Positions 46,052 through 59,700 of a stretch of 64,000 bases of DNA are shown here, piece by piece. Each line of letters opens with the position of its first letter. Positions within the stretch are counted from its first letter, which is position 1. Where the stretch lies: the NCBI GenBank assembly GCA_036172245.1, contig JAYWIR010000038.1, forward strand, positions 1 to 64,000. The letters run 5' to 3'. The translations under genes were made by a program, and so were the position numbers. Origin of the DNA: Raillietiella orientalis (taxonomy: Eukaryota). The notes beneath the pieces were generated by a model. It was not told where the DNA came from. It did no database searches and worked only from the letters and a program-made list of their open reading frames with translations.

Positions 46052-49000
46052 TCCCTCCCGTCCGCGGACGCAGTCTCCCTCCCTCCGCGGGGAACGCGTC
46101 GCCGCGCCTCCCGCGCTCGCGCAGGCGCCGCAGTCCGGCCGCTGTCGAGCGGAGAGTCACTTGAGCTCCGGGAAGGCGTGGCTCCACGCCCGCAGGCGGG
46201 TGGGGATTCAAAGGACTCTTTCCCGAAGGCCGGGAGGTGGATCCGGGGCAGCCGCGGAGCCACCGATCCTCCTAGACCCATCTGCCAGTTGGTTTCGGAA
46301 CCTGAAGCCGAGGCAGGGACGAGCTCTGCTCTCCGCGAGACCCTGACCCCTCAGGGCGAACGCTCCACCTTCCCGTTTTGGAACCTCCGGAAGAGGATCA
46401 GCTTGCTGGGATCCTAGGACGAGGGAGCGCGGTACTAGCGGATAGCGGCACTGCGAGAAGCACCGTCGAGGGCGGAATCATCACCTTCCGCGGGAGCCTA
46501 TGAGAGTTCGCACTGCTTCGAGCGCGGTTAGGTGGTGGCCCGCGCCGCCTTGACGGCAATTGGGAGGCGCCCACGCCGGTTGCCGAGGAACCCGCATGAC
46601 TCGCGTTCCCGGCGACGTCCGTCCTTCTTGGCATCGCGAGAGCTCTGGCGCCCTCCAGCAGCAGACCCGGAGAGAGGAACCTCCCTCCTGCGCTCTTCCT
46701 TCCCCCTGGCTGCCCCAGCAGTCCGCACCACCACCACCTCCTCGAGTCATTCCGACTCCCTGAAGCCGCCCCAGGGAAAGTGGCACTGCGAGGTGACCAC
46801 GGTGGTATTTGAGCCGTTGGGGTCGCTCTTCCCAGAAAGGAGACGTGACCTAAGCGGCGGACCTTGAAATAGGGATCGAGCCAGAACGATCTTCCAAGAG
46901 GAAGCTGAAGGAGACGAGGGAGAGATGACCCGGAAAAGCAGCAAGGCTGCATTGTCATGGAGGCAGCCTAGAGGTCGGCCTCGTCGTCAGAGCCGCGCAT
47001 CGAAACGAGGCTGCTGTAACTACTCTATCTGCCAGGGGGGATGACCCTCGTCTCAGATTCCTGGTTGGGAAGACGAGGAGGGAATGCTGCCCTCTGACTC
47101 TGCTGTGCGGTTGGTCGTTGTCCGAGGAGCCGTGGAGATTGCTTGACCGAAGGGGTCGCTCCGAGGCTCCGATGCAGCGCCCTCTTCCAGGAGAAGGAGG
47201 CAGAGACCGGAAGGCATGGAGACAGATCGGAGCATCTCGCTCGGGGAAGGCTGGTCAGCGGTGTAACCAAAGAGCGAAGGCAACAGCGAGCGGAGCGGGG
47301 GTCGCACACTTCAGGGGGTCGCGTTCGCCCAGGAGATGGGGCGAGGCAAGCAGACTAGGAAGAGGAGGAGGTATTAGCGCGACGTCCCCAACGAGCTCCA
47401 AATGGCGTGACCGGGATAGGCGCCCATAGGAACGTAGGACCCTAAGAGAGATGCGAAAGGATCCGGGGTCTGAGAGAGGTGCCTTTCCACATCGGGAGCG
47501 GGAGGACAGTCTCCGTGATCTTCCTCGGCCTGTCTCCAGGCCGCTCTTGAGCTTGGAAACCACCATAGCAGCAGTTTTCAAGCTCAGGAACCTTTCTTGA
47601 ACGTCTGGAATCAACCTTGTTGTCCAAGTGACCCTTGGGGTGATCTCCAGGAGCGTGATGAGCTCAGGGAGGAGGAAGCAAAGGAAAGGCGTTTGGAGAG
47701 GAGGGATGATGGGCTGCTCCCAAAGGTCCTCGAGAGCCGCCCAAGGTCACTTTCATTTCCGTCCTTCCTTTCCGACCGGGTCTCAGGAAGATCAAGCGGA
47801 TGGGGCTGCAACCCCATCTCTTCCTCTCCTCCGAATCATCACCCCACCTTTCTTTTCGTTCCACCAGTCTTCTAATCACGTCCTCCTGACAGTGCAATGA
47901 ATCGGAACTTCTCTATGCACTCTACCTTCAAAAATGGTCCCCATGCAATTAGTAGGCAAACAAGGTGACTGTGGGACGCCCGATAGTGGAACATGCATGC
48001 ACCTTGGATTGCTGTACTTCCTAGTTACCAGGTTTCCTCACTTGAAAAGATGAAGCACGGATTGGAGTCCATTTCCGCTGATGAGCCTTTCCACTGTTCC
48101 ATAGGTGCACGGAAAATGGCAGAGTTATCCAAACTCACGAAGGATATGATCCCATTCTATGGTAGCAAAAAGCAGCGGAAACAACCGAAACTGCATTGTC
48201 GTTGAAATGCGTCGCTGATTTCCATCGATTCGGCAAAAAGAATCAAACGAAGTGTGGAACTCTGGCCGAATGATGGAATCTCTGAACCTAATTTTGGAAT
48301 AACGAATAACCTGAATTTTGGAATAACGAATTCATTTCGTCACTTGAGGCACGTGCGACTTGCTGTAGTGATTGAGCTTCCGCTTCACATGGTTCCCACA
48401 GCAATCTGGTGACAAAATCTCACATCTCAAACTTCTTGTTTCCCAGGATTCCTAGCGAGAGCAACAGAAGGTATTATGATAGTTCTGGGCTTGTACGTAC
48501 GGCTTTGCTCGCTTAGATAATTTGTATGGAGATTACAGCGAATGAAGACACTCATAGAAAAATTGCTCGCGTCACATCTCATTAATTTCTTTCCAAATTA
48601 CCAACAGAAAGTCTTTCTTGTTCTTTCCGATAAAAGGAAAGAGGTGCTCGGAGCTCGAACATGAGAAGAACGCACTACACAGTGGAGCTTGGCAGTACCG
48701 TACACGCCAAGCTAGACACAGACATTTGTGGTTTGTTTTGAAACTGACGGAGTAAGCACGCATTTTTGTGTGTGAGTTTTTGCTAATTAAAAGTTAACAG
48801 TGTAATAGCATTGATGAGTTCAAGTTGAAAACATAACTAATCTTGTTCCCGTTTATTTTCTACAGAAACACCTTCAAAACATTGATGGATTCCCTCGAAA
48901 GAACAGTCTGCCTTCCCTTTTCCTATTTCGAAATCATTTCCTTTTATATCTTCTTTAAATGGAAATAGCTTGCTATGTTCCATGTACAGTGCAATGAATG

Positions 49001-49978
49001 TTACAAACAACTAAACTGAGAGAGTGGGAACACTGCGTCATCACTTGGAAGCTTGCAGGACCATGACGATGGTGCTGCTTTCCAGGTGCTTCATTTCTTC
49101 AGCTCGAAGGTATTGCACTGGAGCAGGCAACAACGCATCATCAAAGCTTTGTAAGTAGGAGAAAAAAAGTGAATAACATGAAGGATAAAACAAGAGCTTT
49201 TCTTTGGATAATCGCTTTATTTCTAACCTTGAATTAAGGCAAGTTTTGATTAGTTTTGATTTGGAACAAGTAATTGTTTCCAAAATTAAAAGTGCGAACG
49301 ATGTCAGAGATCATAAATGTCAGGGTCATAGGAATGTCACTTTCGGCTTGGAAGTGAGCAAAAGCACTATATTGACTCGTATTCGTTGTTCGTTTTTTTA
49401 AGTGTTGCATCGAGTTCAAGTGCCATTGTAAGTTTGCTGAACTCATTTTAAGAGAGTGAAACGTGATGGAGGTAACATTCGAAATCAAACTGCAATAAGG
49501 GATGCTCGCATTGACAAATTCTCGACGGTGCAAATTCATTGTTTATTTCATATAGTGCAGCCGCAAGACATTCGCAAGTTTTTCAATTTGCTAAAGCATG
49601 CATTTTCTCACATATTTCTGCCCATTTGGTTATGTGACGTTGTGTGATAACCTGTGCAGCCAACTCATCTTCCGAGAATATTGGTGCATTCTTATGCATC
49701 GCAGCTGCTGATTCAAACATGACAAAGGCCCATGTATTTTGCATTGCCCATACGCAACCCCAGTGTTCACCCAGTACTGCATAAGAGAATTTGGCAGTAA
49801 TGTTCAGCTTGATAAAGATGGTTAAAATGAGAATATTGTAGTTGGTAGAATGTTGAAAGTTGAAGTTGACTAACATGATTAAATCACAAAAGAAACATGC
49901 AAATGTGCAATATCATGGTTTATGCTGTTTTTATTAGTCATAGTCTGCATTCACAACAGTGACGTTATGTGTTGTTAG

Positions 49979-50552
49979 ATCATGTTGATGATTGGAAACC
50001 TGGCCCCTACCCCAAAACCAAGGAAGAACGAGAAGCTGCAGCACACAAATATGGACTGATTCCCGAAGATTATGAACCACATCCTGATGATGGGACTGGA
50101 AAAGGAGATTACCCTCTTCTGCCAACAGTATCTGGATTTAGAAAGGACAACTTTCACAACTGGGACTTTCTGCGTTGGAAGAGGGATTATAGGGAGCCTG
50201 TACGTGCATGTTTTGCATGCATGCAGTGACTGTCTGGCTACTCCTCCATATAGATCCACCATGACTATGACATAATGGTTGAGGAGCGCCTGGATGTCAG
50301 CAGTTTTGAGGAACATCCTGTATCCTACAACAAAATGTTTTTCTCCTGGATCGGTACCTTTTTGGTGTTCATGGGCCTATGCTGGATTTCAGATAAATAT
50401 GCTTTCTTCCACCCAGTGGTAAGCATGAGCACATTTCCTGCTTTCTTTCTGTATTCTAAATGTGTCCGAACCAGAAGCCAAAGCAGTGGCCTTATAAGGA
50501 ACAAGGCCCCCATTATACCTTTGCACCCAAGGAGGATGGCCTGGCCAGTTAA
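49979..50552 (+). CDS. NDUFB8: NADH dehydrogenase (ubiquinone) 1 beta subcomplex subunit 8; last three coding exons (first exon not located)
   Basis: Exons 49979-50199, 50254-50418 and 50475-50552. WKPGPYPKTKEEREAAAHKYGLIPEDYEPHPDDGTGKGDYP..WD...KRDYREP, a single TM helix and PVKPKQWP..HYTF. Confidence 0.93.
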
Positions 50553-50753
50553 CCCACCCAAAGATGCCATCCATCCACAGCAAACTGGATGGGGACAGTG
50601 TTATATCTAGAAGAAACACACTGTTGTATTCCGATAAAGATGTAAAAACATGGTAGAAAAACAACATGGCAGTTGGAAGTTCTGAAGGATGGGACGGGGA
50701 TGGATGGGATTCCTTTCCTAGCACATACACACACACATATATTTATATGTGTG

Positions 50754-53700
50754 CTAGGATTGCTGAGCATTCAGATCATGGCTAGATGAGGAGTAACCGG
50801 TAGTGGCCTCTTGCAACTGTAACAGCATGCTGAGCTGAAAAAGCATGGGAGAAGGAGAGAAGGATGGAAGTGGTTGTAACTGGGCGTGGGACACAGGAGT
50901 AGTGCTTACCAGAGGGTCTTCCTGATAGGCAGGACTGTCAGAGTTGGAGATTTCCGGTGGAATTTCCAGGATGCGGTAACTGCTATCATCGGCCTGCAGG
51001 TGGTGCAAGTCAGTGTACAGTCCTTCCTTTGCCCAAGGGTAAGATTCCAGGACCCAGTGTGTAGGATCCTGGAAGGACGATGGCTGCATGTGCATGGTGC
51101 ATGCACTGTCCCGCACGACCTCCCGTAGATAAGGCATCAGGGAATAGTTCCAGAGATCCGTGAACCAGATCTGGGAGCCAAGCGCATCTGCAGGGCATGA
51201 GAGGAAAAGGCGCGGACCGATTGTGGCGTCGCTGGAGATGTGTGTCTCCAGGAACTTATTCAGATGCAACCATACTTTGGGCATCCACTCCAGGACGCGT
51301 GTGAGGGGGGGATTGCGGCTACCTGCCATCACCTCAGCGTTTATCAGGCGCCGGCGCAGATAGCGGGCCAGGAAGCCTTTCACAGGCTCCACGTGGTTGA
51401 TAAAGAGGGACCAGCGAAAGTTATAGTGTAGCTGGAGGTCCGTGGGAAGAGTGCCGGCAACGTACATTGTGCCGATGATTGTCGGCCACTTGATCATACT
51501 GTTCAAGTAAGGGCTTATAACGTCCGTGAGCGAGTTGACATGATGCAGATTGTCGAGCACAACAACTAGTGGTCCGCTTTCGCCCTCACCGGCGGCGGCG
51601 ACCCGCTCCTCTATCTGGGTCAGGAACTGGCGCAGCTCCTTACCGTTCTTGTGCTCTGCTGTGAAGCGTGCTACGTTCTGCGAGTTGGGACGCTGGCCAC
51701 TGCGCCACACGAGAAACTCGGCCAACTTGAGGGCAAGGTACGACTTTCCTGTGCCGCTCGGCCCGCTGAACACGAGGCGGCCTGTATCTGCAAGGAGGCC
51801 GAGATACCGGAGGACGATGGGTTTCGGCACAAGAGTTTCAAAAGAGAACGCGTCCACGGCGCCGTCTTGAGTAGCTCCTTGCAGGCACACGTGAATGACG
51901 GTGGCGTCGCCGACCAAATAGCCATATGGGAGGAGATGAGGCAGCTCGCTGTTTCCAGGCACGCGTAGCACCTCGCCGACCTCGTAATACAATATGGCAT
52001 CCACGCTCATCCCCAGCCCCGACGCAGGATCGATGCGCGTCAAGTATCTCTAAGCAGAAAACGCGGAATTTTAAGCTCGAACTGCAGCGAAGGCGACCAC
52101 CACCATCACCAACCTGGAAGACATGGCGCACCAGATCGTCCAAGGAAGACCACTGGGTCTTGCTGCCAACCCTCAGGGCGCCGATGTAGCATGGAGCAGC
52201 TGCCGGCTGCTGCTCCTGGTAGCACTGCAGGTCTCCGTGGCAACCCAGGTAAACATCAACAGAGATAAGCTTTCCTTCACGATCGCACGCTTCTGGCACG
52301 ATATCTGCTACCAACAGTTAGACCGGACCAATCGCGCACTGTTTTCTTCCTCTGTAGAGGCTAACCTGTGCCATCGTCTACAAAGTCGGTCACTGCCGGG
52401 CCGGTCGGAGCTGGTTCGGTCAGGCTGTAGCGCTTATCCATCCAGTCACCCACAGAAACCAACGAAGGTGTGAGAGATTTGCATGTGACCAGCCGCTGGA
52501 GGCGTTCATTGTCCTGGCGCAGAGTCTGCATCTCGCTCTGGAAGCAGTGGGATCTGCTGCGGCTGCAAAGGGGAACCAGGTTCCCGTACCCGCATCCGAT
52601 GGACCATCTCCCGCAAGGATTCAAGCTGGTGGGCCGAGCCCAGCGCCTCCAGACGGATGTCTGTCAGGGCCATGTCTTTCTCAGCCAGGCGGCGTTTCAG
52701 TTCTCCTACAATGTTCTCCGAGTCGGAAGAAGGTGACATCGCAGAAGACACATCATCATTCGCTGCCCCCTGCTGAGAGGCGTCTTCGGAGGCGTCTACA
52801 GCACTCTTGGCCCCTCCTTTTTTCGAACGGGTGAAGGCGCGCGTGAAAGAACTGCGCAACTGCACGGGAAGGGTAGAAGAAAAAGCACGTTGGCCGTCAA
52901 GGGTCCCTCCACATGAGATTCCCCTACCCATCCTTTTTTCTTCTTCTTGCTCGCGTTTGGAGAGTCGCCGCCGCCGCCGCCCCCGCCTTGTTGGGAAGCA
53001 GCAGAGTTGGCGCTGCATGCGCTCGAGAGGCTGGTCATGGAGTCCGCAGATAGGCGTCCTTTACCGATGGCGACTTCCTTTAGAGACTGGATCGTCTGTC
53101 GCAGCTTCTGCAGCTCGCTGTCCTGGCAACAGGAAAAGCAGGAAGCAGACAGTCAGTGAGGACGACAGCGACAGCAGCGCCGGTGTGCGCAAAGACCTTC
53201 TGCTCCGAGGTGGCGGAGAGCTGCTGCAGGCGGCAGGTCATGTTGTAGAGGGATTGCTCGTACGCCTTCACAAGGTGGTCCTGTACCCATGGAAAACCAT
53301 CACCCATGCAGGACAGGAATCCTGCGGTCCCTCCCTCCTATCCTTACGTGGGTGTGCAGCTGCTGCTTCAGGTTGATTTCCTTCTGCCGTGCCTCGTCCA
53401 GCTCCCGTCGGAGGCGTCGCAGCTGCCGCTCCTCCTGTATCCCTGCCAGGGAAGAGTTCGACGACAGCAAGCTCAAGGAGGAGCCGTGTTCTGCTCATCG
53501 AGGGAAAGATGTTTGAGCTCCCGTTCCGGACCGTCCGTCTGCGGGGATGGACGTCCCTGGTGCTCACCTTCGTCGTTCTTCGGGATCAGACGATTGCGCG
53601 CGGGGCTCATGCCGTTCAACGCGGAGCTCGCAGTCGTAGTCGGCGGGCAGCCGGGCCTGAGGACAAGCAGGGCGAGAATGCCATGAATGGACGCCTCCGC

Positions 53701-56700
53701 TCCCACACTCACTTGGCAGGGGGAGTCGTGGCTGGGGAAGGCGAAGTCGCAGTGGCAGAAACCTCACGGGACAGACGCTGCTCCTCGTCCCCTCTGCCGG
53801 AGTACGTCCTTTCCGAAAGAGTGGACCTATGGGGAGTATTGTCTGACCTCAGGCAATCGCTGCCGCCGCTATCGTCAACGGGACCAAGTTGACTTTCCCA
53901 TCCCCCACACTCGTAACCTCCATCCCCAACCCGACATCTAAAACTCTGCACCCACCGAATGGAGTTGGCCCGCATTGCTCGTGGGCTGGGATCGCTGGGG
54001 CCGTAAAAGGCCTTCCTCCCGTTGGTGAGGCTCCCGACCCGGGAGTGCATCGGGACGCTGGGCAACGACTCGGACGAGTCCCCTTCGCCAAGTCTGGCGC
54101 GCCAAGGACGGGACTCACGCGAGAGGTCGGCACAGTACGTGGAGTCGCTCAGGGAACCGTCCGTAAGTCTGGCGGCAGTGCTGCCGCCTGGAGGAGCCGT
54201 GTACGAGTACATTTCGCCTCCTCCCTTGGCAAAGGAGGTCAGGAAGCGCTCCCGGACGCCCTGAGACAGCTGCGCGGCCGTTGACGACGTCAACGAGAAC
54301 GATTTGTACCCATGCCGGCGACCCAAGCTGCCTGTTCCGTTGACCCCGGTGGACTCCTCAGTATCCCTGGGCGAAGAGTAAAGAGGATGACGATGCCCAT
54401 CGCATTTCAACCATTCCTCACCGAGCGTGAGGGAGGAAAGAAGGAATGATAAGGGAAACAGTTACCTGAGGTGCTCCGACATCTTCTCCGCTTCCGTCTG
54501 GGTACGCGCGCACATCTTCACCTTCGTCCTCGGCCTGTCCAAAGAATCAGGGCAGGTCCTGGGAACGGCTGCGACTTGCGCCATCTTGGGCGTCTCCAAG
54601 CTCGCACGAGGGCGACCGCTGGCTGACGAGGACGAAGAAAGAGCGGGACTGCCGGACTTCCTCGGAGTAGACAAAGCTTGAGGGGACTTCCTGACGTGAG
54701 CGTTTCCTCCTCGCAGAAGCAGCAAGCTACTGCTGCTGCCACCTTCCGACACGGGCCCCATTATTCTAAGGAAGGGGGAAGCAAGAAGACTAAGTGTAGG
54801 AGCGCCAATTCCCCCCTCTCCCCTCCCTTACCCAGTCAGCATCTCCGTCTGCTGGGAGCTGTCCGTCTTTCGGGATGCGGAGCAGGAGCGCGCAGAGCAC
54901 GGGGAGAGCTGGGATGCCCGGAAGTAGCTGATCGGCGCTATCATACCCTGCTGGCGTGCGGTAGAGGGACCAGCTGGTGATGGCGGCAGCAGTGACTCAC
55001 CTGACCTCCTCCTGCAGAAGGTTCCGAGGTCAGGGACGAGCTAGTCAGGTTGTCATCCGTTGAAAGGTCGTTCATCTCGGAAAGACCGGAAGACATCGAG
55101 CTCGTGTCGTCGAAGCTACGGGGGCGGGAAAAGAAAAAACACACGAGCGCACGGTGTGGTAAACGCAAGTGGGAGGCAGGTGAGGGGTAGGTGGATGCGA
55201 GCGTCCGGCCCGAGCACACTTACCGCCGCGCCTTCCTGCGGGCGTCGGCTGGCTGAACGGGCCCTCCCACACAGACACAACTACGAGCAGAGGGTGAGAC
55301 AACGCCAAGCGCTAAGTCGCGCTGCGCAAGCAAAGCTACCCCGCCCCCAGTATGCGTGCACGACCACTCACCTTACGTCCGTCGCCACGGTCACCCGTGC
55401 CTCATCCTTCGCTTTCGGTCCGACTCCCCCACCTCCCTCGGCGTGCTGGTGGTCCGAAGGGTCGCTGCTGCGGAAGGCAAAGCTTTTTCCGTAAGCGTAG
55501 TGGCTCGCCGTCAACGGCGCCATCGGCGACACGGTCGGAACGCCGTCAGGAGGCGAGGAAGAGGCGTTCGGCATAGGCAGCACGAAGGCCACGCTCGGAC
55601 CTCCTTCCTTGGGCAGGTGTGGTCGCTGGAGGGGTAAGGTCACGGGGCTGCGTGTCTCGCCTCCCCCACAAGACGGCGTCGCCGCCGACACTCCCTGGGC
55701 GTCCCGCGCTTCCTGGGGATCCGTGGCGCCCTGGGCCTTCGTCGTGCCCCGGACGGCGGCCGTGGGTTTCGGAATGGAGGTAAGAGAAGTCGAGACTTCC
55801 TCGACCTCCGGGAAAGGCGATTGTTGGTGGTGATGGTGGTGATCCCTGCGTGACGCCCGCGGCGACCGTGACTTGGAGACGACCGCTGGCGGAGGCGACG
55901 GCTTTCCTGGCCTGCTGCGCGCGCTCCTGCCTCCGGTCCGGGGCGACCCACCGGGAGCGGGGTGCACTGCAGCCAGACCCTGGCACGCTTCTCCGCTGCC
56001 GCCGACCACCGCAGCGCGGGGAGCGGGCATGGAGACCTCTGCAGCCCTGTTGCGAGACCCGTTGTCCCCGGTGAGAACCCGGTAAGGAGTGGCCTCACCC
56101 TGTCGAAGAGTCGCTGCGTTCCGAGCGGGCGGAGCTGAAGCCGCTCGAACTGGAGGTGCGCTTGGATATGGACCGCGCAGGAGTCGCCGGTGACGGGCCG
56201 CTACCCCCCCCGGGGTCCACAGCCCTTGCCTTCTCGACGCTGCCTTCCTTCCCGTGGAAAAGTTTCAGCTTATCCAGCACGTTCGGGCGCGGCTGCTGCT
56301 GCGGGCGGCCCGACGCCTTGGAGGAGCCGCGCAGCCCCGCCAGGGAATCTTTGGAGGGAACAATCCTGGAAGAAGAGGGCGCAGCATGTCCTTCGTCCCC
56401 CATCCTCCTGCTGGCCCACCTTCCGCTGAAGTGCTTCTCGTTCAGGGAAGAGCGGCCGAACTGGGATGCACGCGGGGCCGGAAGATGGGACGACGAGGAC
56501 GATGTCCCCGCTAGCACAGGACTTCCGCAGCGCGATCCGGACATCTGGATGACTGCTGCCGCTGCGCCTACATGTGCACAAGGGCGTGAGAGTACTGACG
56601 GAGAACAAACGCACACTGACCTGAAGCGGTGCATACAGTCTTCTTGGACGGGCCGGGGGGTGTGGGTATGTTGGAAGATGCACCATGCTTCGAATGAGGT

Positions 56701-56709
56701 GCGGGAAGC
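50754..56709 (-). CDS. NAV2: Neuron navigator / unc-53 / sickie family AAA+ protein; 3' multi-exon portion (CH-domain exons not found in the window)
   Basis: Phase-consistent exons: 56709-56621, 56567-56099, 56046-55372, 55115-55001, 54947-54832, 54765-54466, 54366-53956, 53868-53713, 53656-53568, 53490-53348, 53280-53197, 53122-52928, 52859-52590, 52537-52366, about 52307-52114, 52049-50910, 50834-50754. Motifs LDKLKLF, SSSSGFSSARSERSDSS, KKKKKGWLRSSF, LTDIRLEAL, Walker A GPSGTGKS, Walker B VVLDNLH and IGPRLFLSCP. Some boundaries in low-complexity exons are uncertain. The symbol is family-level. Confidence 0.9.
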
Positions 56710-59700
56710 CTGAAAACGAAGAAGAAAAATCTTTTTCGGTGTGTGTCTTTTTCCTTCCTTCCCATCCTTCCCCTTGTTCCAGACCACGGTTCTCTATTCC
56801 CGGGAAGAATTCACGAGGTAGCGCAAGTGGCAAGACGCGCGAAACCATCCCTCCGTCGTCACCTATGCTTGTGCTCGTCTCCACGGAGACCACAGCAGAC
56901 GGGAAGCAAACAAAACGCAGGAGTCCTTTCGCACGCGCGTTCGCGAGTGCGTCGCTTTCGTGGTCGCAAGGGCTGAAACCCATCTCTGGGATCGGTCGGG
57001 ATGTGCCGCGCGAGCTCGCAACTCGGGTTCGGGAACAGCTTTCTTGCTCTTCCGAAGATGAGAAAGAAAGGAGAGGGAGGAATTCCGTGCTGATTCTGCA
57101 TTAGTGGGCCTTCAGCAACAAGCAAACAGCATCAGCTATTCGGAGGAGAAACGCAGCAGCACGCCAATCACACACGCAACGCGCCTCGAGCGTGGACGCC
57201 AACGAGAGAGTGTGATAGAAGAAAATTACGGGCGAGAACGGCTGAGCACCAAATTCTGCCGGTATCAACACGAGGCCATCGAAGGAAAAGCAAAACAAAC
57301 AAAAGGCGGGGGGAGTCGGAGAAAGATGCCTCACGGAAAACGGAAGGATGGATACCTGGTTGAGGGAATTCGCAGGATTCACGTCTTCTCGTGAGCGCTA
57401 AGGAGAGACCCTAGAAGCCCAAAAGGTCCAGCGGAGGGAGGGGACGGAGCACCTTCGTGTGCAGAGTAACGAACGGTCCAGACTCCCGTGGGATGACGAC
57501 GCAATTAGGTGAAAAAATTTCCTCTTCCCGGTCGCGAGAGGTCCAACACGCGTCACCGACTCCTTGAAGTGGGTGGGGATGAACACTTGAAACGACGAAG
57601 GGATGTTCCTCCCGCCAGAGTCCGCAATGGAACCGCATGCCAAAAACGGGGGAGAAAGGATTTCCCGCCCGAACGCACCCTTCCGTCCCGCGCGCGCGCC
57701 GCCAACCATGGCCGCGCAGGAAATGGCCTGACCACTTCGCAATGCCGCAAGGGGAGATGCATGGTGCCGGTCGCTTTGGCAATATGGAGCAGCAGCGGTG
57801 CGAAAACGTAGGGAGTCAACGTACCATAAAACATGGAGGAAACATCGAAGGATGGGAGGAAGATGGAGATGACGAGATAGAAAGTTCAACCCCGAAATGG
57901 CGCATTGCGATAGAACTCCAGTAATGGCAGAGAGTCAACTCCACTTGAGAAACGAAGGGAAAAAAAACACACCATAAAGGAGGGACGGAAGGATAAACTG
58001 ACACTTGTATGAACAGCACATCAAGAAGAATGCCTAACAAACTGCCTCCTGAGTGGTCACTTCTAAGAAGACGAAGGGCATATCGTCCCATGTAAGTAAA
58101 CACGAAACAGCGAACGTTTCAGCTTGGGGTAGACGAGGAGGAAGAGGAAAGAAAGCACGAAAAACCGCCGTGGGGAGTCGGGAAAGCAATCCTGGACCAC
58201 ATTTCGTAAGAGAGCATTCGTTTGATGTTGCCAAATAATTAAAGCGACGCAGGATCTCACGGGACCATGACAGCATGCCAAACGACGCGTTCGAAATGGG
58301 GAAAAAGACGGAAGTATATTTCGTAAGAATAAGCGAAGAAAACTGCAACCCAATTGAAAGTGGCGCGAGTGAACCTGGGATCGCCTCCGCCCACTTGACC
58401 CGACGAGTCCAACGAGGTAACCCAAATCAATTCATTAGCTGACTTCGGTTAGCTAAAGCAGCTTGATCCTTCCGAGACGGACGAACGAGGACTCGCGGCA
58501 GCAAAAGAAGAGCACTTGAGGATCTTCCACAGCTTCGAGAGTAATGAAGTCGAGTTGAGCACTGGAGATTCTACCTCTACCAACACATCCTGGCGACAGT
58601 GTGCTCGGCATTGATGGCTATCTCGAGCTCTGTGCGAGATTAATAGTAGGAATAAATCAACTGGTCAGTGATGAAGTACTGGGGGAGGGGGGGGGATGGT
58701 AAACAACCAGAACTCGAAAAGTGGCTGGACGAAGATTTTTTGCGGAAGGAGAGGGATGTCGAGTGGAGACCAGGCGGATGCTGGTGAGCTCAAGACTCGT
58801 GTATGCCGTGTGTGGCACTACTTGACGGAACCTCGTTTAAGGAGGTAGCACGCTCGAAAATTAACATTTCCGGTCATTAACAAAGCGAATGAGACCACTG
58901 GGTTATCAAGTATCTTCGCGTACACACACACACACTTTGCATACGAAGAGTGCGACGCCGGTGTCAAGGTCACTCCGTGTCTCTTGAGTTGGAAAACGTG
59001 TTGAACTAGGCATTTGCAAGGAGTGGAAAGCTGGCGGAATCCGTCCGTTCGACCGGAAATCCTGGTTGATCCGTCTTGGGTTGGCGGCGAGAGCTGGAAT
59101 GGTTTCCGTCTCCGAGCGACGACGAGCTTTTTTTTTCAGTGCGATAGGGCCAGGAAGTCGAAGCAGCTTTTTCAAAGTGGAGATTTTCATATGTGCTGAT
59201 GATGCTGCAGGGGTTGCTTGAGGTGATGCTTGTACTTTTGTGTGCGCACGATCTTGATCGAGCGCCACGTCACGGGCGGCGCGAAGTGGTGGTGCCAGAA
59301 ACGCGAAAGAGGCAGAGAGCGCCAGCATGGGATCCAGACAACCGGCAGGGCGTGGTTCGAACTACTGGGCAAAGAGAACGACAGCGATCCTAAACTGCTG
59401 CACGGTAAACAGGCAATGATTAAGTGCGTACAAACAAAAGATGGCGTTCGCATATATCTGCACGCTCCGAAGTTGGTACCATGTAGGGAGCTTGGCCGGT
59501 ACTGCATCGACCTACGCACTGGTCAGCAACACTCTGCGGCAGCGAAGCGCGCAATCTGGAAGCGACCCACTCTGGTGAATCGGAGTTGCCGCAGAGTTTC
59601 TCCCTGATACATCCGTGCTCGCTTCTTCAAAAGTATGTCCAGGTTCTCCAGCGAAGGAGGCAGAACGCTCATCGATGCGGACCGTTTGAAGCCACCAGCG

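Noticed and set aside
44837..46417. Long ORFs (526 aa plus, 414 aa minus at 44066-45310, 325 aa at 37842-38819)
   Set aside because: These are Arg/Pro/Ala-rich translations of GC-rich DNA with no recognisable domains. The first two overlap the real convertase exon 1.
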